Positions 1-8,704 of a stretch of DNA of 64,000 nt are shown here, piece by piece. The notes below the pieces were generated by a model. It was not told where the DNA came from and searched no databases. It worked only from the letters and a program-made list of their open reading frames with translations. The stretch is from Candidatus Eiseniibacteriota bacterium (lineage in GTDB: Bacteria; Eisenbacteria; RBG-16-71-46; JABDJR01). The stretch lies in NCBI GenBank assembly GCA_963762255.1, contig CAVXKA010000002.1, forward strand, positions 544,001 to 608,000. Direction: 5' to 3'. Position 1 is the first letter of the stretch; the number at the start of each line of letters is the position of its first letter. The position numbers and the translations under genes were made by a program.

Positions 1-1
1 G

Positions 2-1000
2 GCGGCGCTGGCGACCAAGGGCTCGTCGATCTACGCGTGGCACGGGATGAACGTGAAGGAGTTCTACTGGTGCATCGAGAAGACGCTCGAGATGAACCCC
101 ACGCTGACCCTCGATGACGGCGCCGATCTCATCATGACCGTGCACACGAAGCGTCAGGACAAGGCGCAGTACGTGCTGGGCGGCACCGAGGAGACGACCA
201 CCGGGGTACACCGGCTGCGCGCTCTGGCCGCCGACGGCAAGCTCCTCTACCCGGTCATCGCGGTGAACGACGCCGAGACCAAGTGGGACTTCGACAACGT
301 CTACGGCACCGGCCAGTCCTCGATCGACGGCATCCTGCGCGCCACCAGCGTGTTGTTGGCGGGCAAGAACTTCGTGGTCGCCGGATTCGGCCACTGCGGC
401 CGCGGCGTGGCCATGCGCGCGAAGGGCATGGGCGCCAACGTGATCGTCACCGAGGTGAAGGCCACGGCGGCCCTGAAGGCCACGCTCGAAGGCTTCCAGG
501 TCATGAAGATGGACCAGGCGGCCAAGGTCGGCGATATCTTCATCACGGCCACCGGGATGAAGGACGTCATCGTGGAGCGCCACTTCGAGCGCATGCGCGA
601 CGGCGCGATCGTGTGCAACACGGGTCACTACGATTGCGAGATCAACATCGAGCACCTGGAGAAGCTCAAGAAGTCGAAGCGCGACGTGCGCGACAACAAC
701 GAGGAGTACACGCTCGCCGACGGTCGGCGGATCTATCTCCTGGCCCAGGGGCGGCTGGTGAACCTGGCCGCGGCCGAGGGACATCCCTCCGAGGTGATGG
801 ACATGTCCTTCGCCAACCAGTTCCTCTCACTGCTCCGCCTCTCCCGCGAAGGGAAGAAGATGGGCAAGGAGGTCTACACGATCTCGGAGGAGCAAGACCA
901 GGAGATCGCCGGGGTGAAGCTAGCGACCATGTTGCTCGGGCTGGACAAGCTCACTAAGGAGCAGATCGCCTACGCCGACGACTACATGGCAGGGACGTAG
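2..1000 (+). CDS. ahcY: Adenosylhomocysteinase (5'-truncated by window edge)
   Basis: LDDGADL, EETTTGV, FDNVYGTGQS, GFGHCGRG, NLAAAEGHPSEVMDMSF motifs; frame open from base 2. Confidence 0.97.
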   Translation, partial: AALATKGSSIYAWHGMNVKEFYWCIEKTLEMNPTLTLDDGADLIMTVHTKRQDKAQYVLGGTEETTTGVHRLRALAADGKLLYPVIAVNDAETKWDFDNVYGTGQSSIDGILRATSVLLAGKNFVVAGFGHCGRGVAMRAKGMGANVIVTEVKATAALKATLEGFQVMKMDQAAKVGDIFITATGMKDVIVERHFERMRDGAIVCNTGHYDCEINIEHLEKLKKSKRDVRDNNEEYTLADGRRIYLLAQGRLVNLAAAEGHPSEVMDMSFANQFLSLLRLSREGKKMGKEVYTISEEQDQEIAGVKLATMLLGLDKLTKEQIAYADDYMAGT

Positions 1001-1025
1001 ATCACGGCTCGTTGAGTGCACGTGA

Positions 1026-1060
1026 AGAGCCGGGGTTCCGCAAGGGGCCCCGGCTCTCTT
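1026..1060 (+). terminator. Hairpin terminator between convergent ahcY and epimerase genes
   Basis: AGAGCCGGGGTTCC-GCAA-GGGGCCCCGGCTCT stem-loop followed by CTT. Confidence 0.7.
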
Positions 1061-1121
1061 GTAGAGGGTCGCGCCGGCGCGACCGCGATGCCCACCCGCA
1101 CGATCATCCGCGCCCGCCGGG

Positions 1122-2141
1122 TCACGCGAAGGGATGGTCCCACTCGGTGAGCAGTTCGGCTTCGCGTGCGGGCTTCAATCCCGCCTTGAGCTCCGTACCG
1201 ACCGGCCGCGTCGCGTCCCATGCCAGCGTCTCGCGCACGATGTTGAGGAGCGGCCGCACGGTGAGCCCGTCCGCGGCCGCGCGCGAGACGTCCACCTCCA
1301 TGAGACCGTCCTCCTCGGCCGGAGTGGCCAGGGGAAGATCGGACCAGAGCTCCACCTTGCGCTCGAGCAGATAGCGCTCGTCCACCCACACGAACTCGGC
1401 CTTGCTCCCCGCCGCTTCACGGCACGTGGTGAGCACCTGCTCCATCGTGTAGGGCGCCGCCACCTGCGTGCCGTTTCCCGCCGGACCTATCGGTCCGGTG
1501 GCGTTGTAGATGCCAGCCTTCCCGAGTTCCGCCATCCGCAGCATCCACGCGGCGAGGTCGGCAGCGTGGATAAACTGCACCGGACGTTCGGGAGGACTCG
1601 GCACGAGAACGCGCCCGCCTGTCGAGACGCGCCGTACCCAGTAGGTGAAGCGGTCGGTCACATCGTACGGTCCCACGATGAGCCCCGCGCGCACGCTGAG
1701 TACGCGACCGGGCATGGCGTGCTCGGCGGCCTCCTCGCAAAGCGCCTTCAAGCCGCCGTACGTCTTCTCGGTGATCTCCTCCACCTTCGGGTCTTCAAGC
1801 ACGACCACCGGCGCCCGCTCGTCCATCCCCGCGTAGAACTTGCTGTAGACGGAGATGCTGGAGACGAACGTGTAGTGGCCGACCTTGTCGGCGAGATAGC
1901 GCGCCGAGGCCCCGACCAGCCGCGGGAAGTAGCCGCAGGTATCGATGGCCGCGTCCCACGTGCGGCCGGCGAGCTTGTCGAGATCGCCGTCGCGGTTGCC
2001 GAGGATGTGCTCGACCTCGGGGAAGAGCCCGGGGTTGGTCTCGCCGCGATGGAAGAGCGTGATGGTGTGGCCGGCTTTCTTGGCGAGTTCAACGGTGTGA
2101 CGGCCGAGGAACTTGGTGCCGCCGAGGATGAGGAGCTTCAT
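1122..2141 (-). CDS. NAD-dependent epimerase/dehydratase (atypical SDR) family protein
   Basis: N-terminal MKLLILGGTKFLG Rossmann motif; YGGLK YxxxK motif. Confidence 0.88.
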   Translation of the reverse strand: MKLLILGGTKFLGRHTVELAKKAGHTITLFHRGETNPGLFPEVEHILGNRDGDLDKLAGRTWDAAIDTCGYFPRLVGASARYLADKVGHYTFVSSISVYSKFYAGMDERAPVVVLEDPKVEEITEKTYGGLKALCEEAAEHAMPGRVLSVRAGLIVGPYDVTDRFTYWVRRVSTGGRVLVPSPPERPVQFIHAADLAAWMLRMAELGKAGIYNATGPIGPAGNGTQVAAPYTMEQVLTTCREAAGSKAEFVWVDERYLLERKVELWSDLPLATPAEEDGLMEVDVSRAAADGLTVRPLLNIVRETLAWDATRPVGTELKAGLKPAREAELLTEWDHPFA

Positions 2142-4291
2142 CGATTCATCTCCTGACAATCGCAACGGGGAACGAATACGGGGAGGAGAACCGGGCCTCC
2201 GACGTACACTCCTCCACGCCGGTTGCACACCCCGGACCGGAACGAGGAGGGCCCGCGCCCGATCTGCGCGCGGACGCGCTCCCCGATCTCGGGAAGGGTA
2301 TCGACTCCCGTCTCCAAGCTCACGAACAGCGCAACGCCGGGGACAAGAGTCTGGAAGTGACCACGCGAATCGGAGTCGACGACCCCGAAGTTGAAAGGAG
2401 TATCGCAGGAGTAGACGTTCCGGCCGCCGCAATCCAACGCGAACCCCGCTCCCTGGCCCTCCGACACGCCCAGACACATGTGAGGTGCACGAAGCGTATC
2501 CGCACCCGCGCCGTCGGCGAGCACTCCCAGACCCAGGTTCCCACCATAGCCCATGGCGAAACCGGGAGTCGCGGCGATTCGGTAGGCGTCTTCACCTGCC
2601 GCATCCACCAAGAGCCCCGCCCCCTGGTTCTCTCCGAAGCCCTGCGCTTGCGCGGCGCATGTGTAGCGATCCCGCCCGCGCAAGTCGATGAGCACCCCCA
2701 GGCCCGCGTTCGCGGCCGCGCCCTGCGCGTGGGTCGCCGCTGTGTACGTGTCGTCTCCCGAGGCATCCAGCAGGATCCCGATGCCGCCGGCCATCCAATC
2801 CCCGGACGCCGCTCCCTGTGTGAACACGCAAGGGGCCGCGCCCGAAAGCCCCGGCGTGCTATCGGATCGAGCCGCTTGAGCACAGCTCAGGTACTCGTCC
2901 GCCCCCGAGAGATCGACGAGCAACCCCGCGCCACCGGGACCGCCGAACCCCTGACCCCATCCCGGATGGTCTGCGGCGACACCCTCCCGCCCATGGACCC
3001 CGCGCAACTCGTAGCGGTCGTCTCCAGCACTATCCGCAAGCAGCCCCATTCCGAAGGCCGCCGCACCCTCGCCCCACCCCCGCATGGTATAGGTGTCGTT
3101 CCCGCCTTCATCGTAGATCCAGCCAACGCCGAGGAAGCCGAACCCGCACGCCCAGCGCTCACCAACATAGTGGTCGTTCCCCCGGGCCAAGTCCATGACG
3201 GCCGCATAGCCGAGAATCGCCCCCCCCGGACCGACCATGCCGGAATCGACGGGCGCATAGCAATCGTCTCCACCCAGGTCGACGACGACCGATACCGGGT
3301 CTTCACCGGAAACGGCTCCGGGGCCTTCAAAAGTGTCATTCCCGCCCAGATCGAACACGAGAAGATACGCTCCCCGGTATCGGTTTGGACCCGTCCCGCC
3401 GACGGCGACTCTCCCTCGCGGCGTGGTCCATTCGATCTGGAAGTCGCGGGCGTCCGGCGCGGGCATCGCGGCTTGCGCGCGCTCCATCGCCGTAGCCAGT
3501 GCGACCGCGCCTCGCGCGAGCCCGTCGCGATCGAATCGCTCGAAGGCCTTGCGCATATCCGACCGGGCGCGGGAAGGTCGGGTCCGCGGTTCGGCCGTCT
3601 CGGCCAGATGGACGCGCAATACCTCGGCGGTGCGGCGGGATTTGCCGCCCAGAAGACCGCCGCTGGCAAGTTCGGAGCGGTCAACAAGGTCGTCTCTTGC
3701 CTCGACCGCTCCCGCCACGGCGCGAATCAGGCTCGCCAGCCTCAAGGCCGTGCTCGATCCCAATCTCTCCCCTTCGCGCACGATCTGTTCCCGCTCCCGT
3801 CCTTGGAGGCGCTTCCCGCTCCCCCGGTAGAGCAGCTCGATGACATCGACGAGAACGGGCGGATCGTGCGTCTCCGCGGGGGGGCTCCCGACCATGAGGT
3901 CGTCGGCGGACGGCCTTGGATCGGCAGCGCTGGCCATCGCCATGTCCCACAGACAGCGGGACGGCTTGAGGTCGCCCCTGGTGAGCAATCGCCCGCGATC
4001 CTCCAATAGAGCCGGCGATCTCAACGGCTCCGCCATCACGTAGCGATGCAACGGGAGACGATCTGGATAGCCTCCGGCCAGGTCGAGCGTAGCGGGGTCC
4101 ACGCGGAACTGGTCGCGCGTGACCCCCTGGACGGCAGCCAGCGAATCCAAGGCGCTCCACAGCCACGGCCAGTTGAGGGCGAGATCCCACCCTTCATCCG
4201 CGCTCACCCGGGTGATCATTCCCGCAGATAGAAGCGCGGCGAGCCCCATTGTCCCCGCGCAGACGGACCTCGCGGACAGAAACCGCCTCAC
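2138..4291 (-). CDS. Secreted hypothetical protein with C-terminal tandem DxxGxDxY/GxG repeats
   Basis: Signal-like N-terminus; repeats DLGGNDTF, DLGGDDCY, DEGGNDTY, DSAGDDRY, DASGDDTY etc.; GTG start overlaps the acyltransferase stop (GTGA). Confidence 0.7.
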   Translation of the reverse strand: MRRFLSARSVCAGTMGLAALLSAGMITRVSADEGWDLALNWPWLWSALDSLAAVQGVTRDQFRVDPATLDLAGGYPDRLPLHRYVMAEPLRSPALLEDRGRLLTRGDLKPSRCLWDMAMASAADPRPSADDLMVGSPPAETHDPPVLVDVIELLYRGSGKRLQGREREQIVREGERLGSSTALRLASLIRAVAGAVEARDDLVDRSELASGGLLGGKSRRTAEVLRVHLAETAEPRTRPSRARSDMRKAFERFDRDGLARGAVALATAMERAQAAMPAPDARDFQIEWTTPRGRVAVGGTGPNRYRGAYLLVFDLGGNDTFEGPGAVSGEDPVSVVVDLGGDDCYAPVDSGMVGPGGAILGYAAVMDLARGNDHYVGERWACGFGFLGVGWIYDEGGNDTYTMRGWGEGAAAFGMGLLADSAGDDRYELRGVHGREGVAADHPGWGQGFGGPGGAGLLVDLSGADEYLSCAQAARSDSTPGLSGAAPCVFTQGAASGDWMAGGIGILLDASGDDTYTAATHAQGAAANAGLGVLIDLRGRDRYTCAAQAQGFGENQGAGLLVDAAGEDAYRIAATPGFAMGYGGNLGLGVLADGAGADTLRAPHMCLGVSEGQGAGFALDCGGRNVYSCDTPFNFGVVDSDSRGHFQTLVPGVALFVSLETGVDTLPEIGERVRAQIGRGPSSFRSGVCNRRGGVYVGGPVLLPVFVPRCDCQEMNR

Positions 4292-5064
4292 GCGTCTTCC
4301 CCCTTCGCCGGCGCTTTCCCCTCGATACCCTCCACCGCCGCCGACGCCGGCAACCCCGACAGCATCGCGCGGCGCACCTCCAGCACCAGGGCATCGATGT
4401 CCGAGCGCGTGCGGCCTTCCACGCTCACCGGCGGATGGATCACCACATGAATGTTGCCCGGACGGAAGAGAAGCTGCATCTTGCCGTAGATGGTACCGGC
4501 GTTGTGGATCGAGATGGGCAGGATCGGAGAGCCGGTGTCCACCGCCACGTAGAACCCGCCCCGCTTGAACGGAAGCAAGCGATCCGACGGCGACCGTGTT
4601 CCCTCCGGAAAGATCGCGAGCGCGATCCCTCGGTGGATCTTCGCCGTCGCCTCGCGCAACGCCGCCACAGCCTGCTCGCGATTGCCGCGATTCACCTTGA
4701 TGTGCTGCGAGCTGGCCACTGCCCATCCGAGGATGGGGATGCGCTTGAGCTCGCGCTTGGCTACGAAGCGGATGCTGAGCCCTCGCACGCTCAGCACCAC
4801 CGCCGGAATGTCGAGATAGCTCCTGTGGTTGGGCATGAGCACGCATGCCTGACTGCGGGGCACGTTCTCGGTGCCCTCCACGCTCAAACGCACACCGATA
4901 CCGAAGAGGATCATCCGCGAGTAGGTGTCCTGCCAGAAGTCCATCCAGACCGCGCGCCTGTCGAATGGCGCACCGATGAGGTAGGAGATGCCGCAGAAGA
5001 CGGTCGCAGCGACCACCCAGAGGTAGGCCCAGATTGTCAGGATGGCGCGCAGGAGGATCACCAT
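4288..5064 (-). CDS. plsC: 1-acyl-sn-glycerol-3-phosphate acyltransferase
   Basis: NHRSYLD and FPEGTRS acyltransferase motifs. Confidence 0.88.
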   Translation of the reverse strand: MVILLRAILTIWAYLWVVAATVFCGISYLIGAPFDRRAVWMDFWQDTYSRMILFGIGVRLSVEGTENVPRSQACVLMPNHRSYLDIPAVVLSVRGLSIRFVAKRELKRIPILGWAVASSQHIKVNRGNREQAVAALREATAKIHRGIALAIFPEGTRSPSDRLLPFKRGGFYVAVDTGSPILPISIHNAGTIYGKMQLLFRPGNIHVVIHPPVSVEGRTRSDIDALVLEVRRAMLSGLPASAAVEGIEGKAPAKGEDA

Positions 5065-5156
5065 GGGCGACTACTTTCGGGCCGCGGCCGGCCCCGGTCA
5101 AGGGTGGCGCGGCGGACCCGTTGAGGCACGAGGCCGGAGGGGCATGACGGCAAACG

Positions 5157-5186
5157 AAAGGGGCGGAGGCAAACGCCCCCGCCCCC
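5157..5186 (-). terminator. Rho-independent terminator after mdh
   Basis: GGGGCGGGGGC-GTTT-GCCTCCGCCCC then TTT on the minus strand. Confidence 0.55.
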
Positions 5187-5208
5187 GCGAACCTGTGGCC
5201 GACCCGAG

Positions 5209-6138
5209 CTACAGGAGAGCCAGCTCCTTCACGCCCGACTCGACTTCGGCGGCGGACTTCCGCAGCGCCTCGAGTTCGTCGGCCGCCAGCGGCAGCTCCA
5301 CGATCTTCTCCACCCCGCGCGCGCCGAGGATGATCGGCACGCCGACGTAGGTGTTCTTGACCCCGTACTGCCCGGTGCAGTACGCGCAGCCGGCGATGAA
5401 CCGCTTGTTGTCGAGCAGGATCGCCTCGGCCATCTGCGCCGCACCGGCGCCCGGCGCGTAGAACGCGCTGCCGGTCTTGAGCAGAGCCACGATCTCGCCG
5501 CCGCCCTTGCGCGTGCGATCCACGAGACGATCGATGGTGGCCTTGTCCATGAGGTCGGTGATGGTGACACCGCTCACCGTGGCGTAACGCGGCAGCGGGA
5601 CCATCGAGTCGCCGTGCCCACCGAGGACCATCGCGTGCACGTCGGTTGCCGCCACGTTCAGCTCCATGGCGATGAACGCGCGAAAGCGCGTGGAGTCCAG
5701 CACGCCGGCCATGCCCACCACGCGGTTGGCCGGGAATCCCGTGACCTGCATCATGTGCTGGGTCATGATGTCGAGCGGATTCGACACCACGACGACGTAG
5801 GCGTTCGGCGCGTGCTTCTTGATGTCGGCGCCGATGCCCCCGACGATCTTCGCGTTGACGGACAGCAGATCCGTGCGGCTCATGCCCGGCTTGCGGGGCA
5901 CGCCCGCGGTGACGATGACCACGTCGGAGCCGGCGATGTCCTTGACGTCGCTGGTGCCGGTGACCTTCGCATCGTACCCGCGAACGGGGCCGGCCTGCGC
6001 CAGGTCCAGGCCCTTACCGTTCGGCACGCCTTCCACGATGTCCACGAGCACGACTTCGCAGATGCCCCGCTCCGCCAAGTAGAGCCCCGCCGAGGCGCCG
6101 ACGTTTCCACCGCCGCCGATTACGCTGACCTTTCTCAT
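5209..6138 (-). CDS. mdh: Malate dehydrogenase (LDH-like)
   Basis: GGGGNVG, AGVPRKPGMSR, SNPLD, LGGHGD, GSAFYAP. Confidence 0.96.
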   Translation of the reverse strand: MRKVSVIGGGGNVGASAGLYLAERGICEVVLVDIVEGVPNGKGLDLAQAGPVRGYDAKVTGTSDVKDIAGSDVVIVTAGVPRKPGMSRTDLLSVNAKIVGGIGADIKKHAPNAYVVVVSNPLDIMTQHMMQVTGFPANRVVGMAGVLDSTRFRAFIAMELNVAATDVHAMVLGGHGDSMVPLPRYATVSGVTITDLMDKATIDRLVDRTRKGGGEIVALLKTGSAFYAPGAGAAQMAEAILLDNKRFIAGCAYCTGQYGVKNTYVGVPIILGARGVEKIVELPLAADELEALRKSAAEVESGVKELALL

Positions 6139-6207
6139 GAGTCCTCCCCTCCCTATGGGTTACCGGTCGGCCCGCCGCCGCGCCCGCGCGACGATGGGGC
6201 CGCCAAC

Positions 6208-6252
6208 AAAAAAAGGCCATGACCCGCGGACGCATCCGGGCGGGGCATGGCC
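6208..6252 (-). terminator. Rho-independent terminator after rpmA
   Basis: GGCCATG...CATGGCC stem followed by T7 on the minus strand. Confidence 0.8.
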
Positions 6253-6271
6253 CTCATCGAAACCGTACGAG

Positions 6272-6529
6272 CTATTCGACCGGCGTTATCGAGACCTCGC
6301 GGCGGTCCTTGCCCCGACGCTTGAAGGTCACGTGGCCGTCGATCAGCGCGAACAACGTGTCGTCCTTGCCCCGTCCCACGTGCGTCCCCGGGATGATCCG
6401 GGTGCCGCGCTGACGCAGGATGATGCTGCCCGCGGTGACGAGTTCACCGCCGAACGCCTTGACCCCGAGCCTCTGGCCCTGGGAATCGCGGCCGTTGCGG
6501 CTGGATCCTACGCCTTTTTTGTGAGCCAT
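6272..6529 (-). CDS. rpmA: 50S ribosomal protein L27
   Basis: [16 protein letters not shown]...RQRGT...GKDDTLFA. Confidence 0.99.
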   Translation of the reverse strand: MAHKKGVGSSRNGRDSQGQRLGVKAFGGELVTAGSIILRQRGTRIIPGTHVGRGKDDTLFALIDGHVTFKRRGKDRREVSITPVE

Positions 6530-6605
6530 GCTCCCTACTCCTTCCGATGGGACCGCCGCGCGCAAACGCCCTGTCGCGCGGGACCGCGGCGATCCGCGGC
6601 CGGAA

Positions 6606-6917
6606 TCAGCCCTGAATGCCCGAGATGCGGATCTCGGTGAAGTCCTGCCTAAATCCCCAGCGGCGCCGATAGTCCTTACGCCGCTTGTACTTTCCGGCCA
6701 CCGTCTTCTTCGTGCGCCCGTGAGTCAACACCTGCGCGGAGACCGCGGCCCCTTCGACGATCGGGGTTCCCACCTTGATGAGGGATCCGTCGCCGACGAG
6801 AAGCACCTCGGTCAAGTTCAGGTTGGCCCCTTCCTCGACATCGAGGAGCGGCACGCGGAGAACCTGATCTTTTTCGACCCGGTACTGAAAACCGGCTACC
6901 TTGACGACTGCGTACAT
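6606..6917 (-). CDS. rplU: 50S ribosomal protein L21
   Basis: [14 protein letters not shown]...[14 protein letters not shown]; adjacent to rpmA. Confidence 0.98.
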   Translation of the reverse strand: MYAVVKVAGFQYRVEKDQVLRVPLLDVEEGANLNLTEVLLVGDGSLIKVGTPIVEGAAVSAQVLTHGRTKKTVAGKYKRRKDYRRRWGFRQDFTEIRISGIQG

Positions 6918-6970
6918 GAAACAAGCCTCCCGGAGGCCGCTCAGGCCTCCCCTGCAAACAAAGCCGGAGG

Positions 6971-6999
6971 AGAGTACCAGCGAGGCCGGGGACGGTCAA
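6971..6999 (-). promoter_or_regulatory. Sigma-70-type promoter for rplU-rpmA
   Basis: TTGACC-17 nt-TACTCT with TG extension. Confidence 0.6.
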
Positions 7000-7110
7000 G
7001 CCGGAATTGGGCCGAGGGCGCCCCACCCGGACCCGCCGGGCCGCCCGCCTTCACGGGCCGCCGGGCGACTCGCCCTCGCGAGGCCGCCTAACGGCTCGCC
7101 TCCCCTTCGC

Positions 7111-8697
7111 CTACGGCCGGAACCGCTCCGTCACGTCCTCGTTGGTGCGCGGGAAGATGATCTTGACCTCGCCCCGCTTGAGCCGGGGGTCGTCCCGCAC
7201 GTCGATCTGGAGCTTGAACTTCTCCTCGATGCGGGCCAGGCGCTCGGAGTTCTCTGCGAACAGATGCTGCCCCAGCTCCGGCGACACCCGAAGTTCGATC
7301 ATCTTCTCCTGCGTGTTCACCCCGACCCGCGTCAGGAGCCGCTCCACCTTGAGGGCGACCGCCTCGAGGCTCAGCACCTTGCCGAGACCGCTGCACGTCG
7401 GACAGTCGTCCGAGTAGTAGTGAAGCAGGCTCGGCCGCTCGCGCTGGCGGGTCATCTCGATCATGCCCAGTTCGGACACCGCAAACGTCTTCGTGCGGCT
7501 CCGGTCGCGCTTCAGGTGCTTGCGGAGTTCCTCCAGGACGGCCTTCTTGTTGGCCTCGGACTCCATGTCGATGAAGTCGAGCACGATGATCCCGCCCACG
7601 TCGCGCAGGCGAAGCTGGCGCGTGATCTCCTTGGCCGCCTCGATGTTGGTCTTGAGGATGGTCTCTTCCTGGTTCTTCTTGCCCACGAAGCGGCCGGTGT
7701 TCACGTCGATCGCGATGAGGGCCTCGGCCTGGTCGATCACGATGTACCCGCCGCGCTTGAGCCACACCTTGCGCTCGAAGAGCTTCTCGATCTCCCCCTC
7801 GATGCGGAACGCGTCGAAGATGGGGAGCTTGCCGCGGTACAGGCGCACGCGGCTGGCGAGATCGGGCGAGAAGGTGCGCAGGTAGTCGCGGATCTCGGCG
7901 AACGCCTCGGGCGAGTCCACCGCGACCTCGTCCACGCCCTCCGTGAGAACGTCGCGGATGAGACCGGTGGCCAGGGACAGCTCGCGGTGGATGACGGCGG
8001 GCGCGGGCGCGGACTGCACGCGGCGCTCGATCTTCGTCCAGAGCGTGGTCAAGTACTCGATGTCCTCGGCGAACTCCTCCTTGGATCGTCCTTCACCCGC
8101 GGTGCGCACGATCACCCCGGCATTCTTGGGGCGCACCTCGCGCAGGATGCGCTTCAGGCGGAGGCGCTCGTCGCGGCTGGGGATCTTGCGGGAGACGCCG
8201 ACGTGGTCGGCGCCCGGCATGAACACGACGTAGCGGCCGGGCAGCGAGAGCTGCTGGCTCACCCGGGGGCCCTTGGTGGAGATGGGCTCCTTGGTCACCT
8301 GGACCACGACTTCCTGACCCTTGGTCAGGTGCTCCTCGATCTTGGCCACCCCTTCGAAGCGGGGCTTGCGCCTGGAGGATCGGCCGCGACCGCCGAGACG
8401 GCCTCCGGCGGCGGGAGCGGGAGCCTCGTCGTCGCCCTCGTCATCGAGGTCGATGTCGTCGCTCAGCCCGGAGGTGGAGAGATCGGAGGCGTGGAGGAAC
8501 GCGGTCTTGGCCAGGCCGATCTCCACGAAGGCGGCCTGCATGCCGGGGAGAACCGCGTTGACCTTGCCCTTGTAGATGTCCCCTACGATGCGCCGCTCGT
8601 CGGGGCGCTCCACCAGGAGTTCGACGAGTTGCTTGTCTTCGAGGATGGCGACCCGTGTTTCTTTCGGGTCGGAGTTGATGACAATCGATTTCTGCAT
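7111..8697 (-). CDS. rng: Rne/Rng family ribonuclease
   Basis: GDIYKGKV..VLPGMQAAFV S1 domain, IDVNTG, GIIVLDFIDM, CPTCSG Zn-link. Confidence 0.92.
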   Translation of the reverse strand: MQKSIVINSDPKETRVAILEDKQLVELLVERPDERRIVGDIYKGKVNAVLPGMQAAFVEIGLAKTAFLHASDLSTSGLSDDIDLDDEGDDEAPAPAAGGRLGGRGRSSRRKPRFEGVAKIEEHLTKGQEVVVQVTKEPISTKGPRVSQQLSLPGRYVVFMPGADHVGVSRKIPSRDERLRLKRILREVRPKNAGVIVRTAGEGRSKEEFAEDIEYLTTLWTKIERRVQSAPAPAVIHRELSLATGLIRDVLTEGVDEVAVDSPEAFAEIRDYLRTFSPDLASRVRLYRGKLPIFDAFRIEGEIEKLFERKVWLKRGGYIVIDQAEALIAIDVNTGRFVGKKNQEETILKTNIEAAKEITRQLRLRDVGGIIVLDFIDMESEANKKAVLEELRKHLKRDRSRTKTFAVSELGMIEMTRQRERPSLLHYYSDDCPTCSGLGKVLSLEAVALKVERLLTRVGVNTQEKMIELRVSPELGQHLFAENSERLARIEEKFKLQIDVRDDPRLKRGEVKIIFPRTNEDVTERFRP

Positions 8698-8704
8698 GGA
8701 ATCC

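Noticed and set aside
4202-4215. CACCCGGGTG core also present at about 4205 and 58141
   Set aside because: Only 10-14 bp matches inside ordinary genes; plausible by chance in GC-rich DNA
6530-6605. Prp protease gene or N-terminally extended L27 between rplU and rpmA
   Set aside because: Gap is only 76 bp and an SD-like GGAG precedes MAHKKG, so L27 is the ordinary short form
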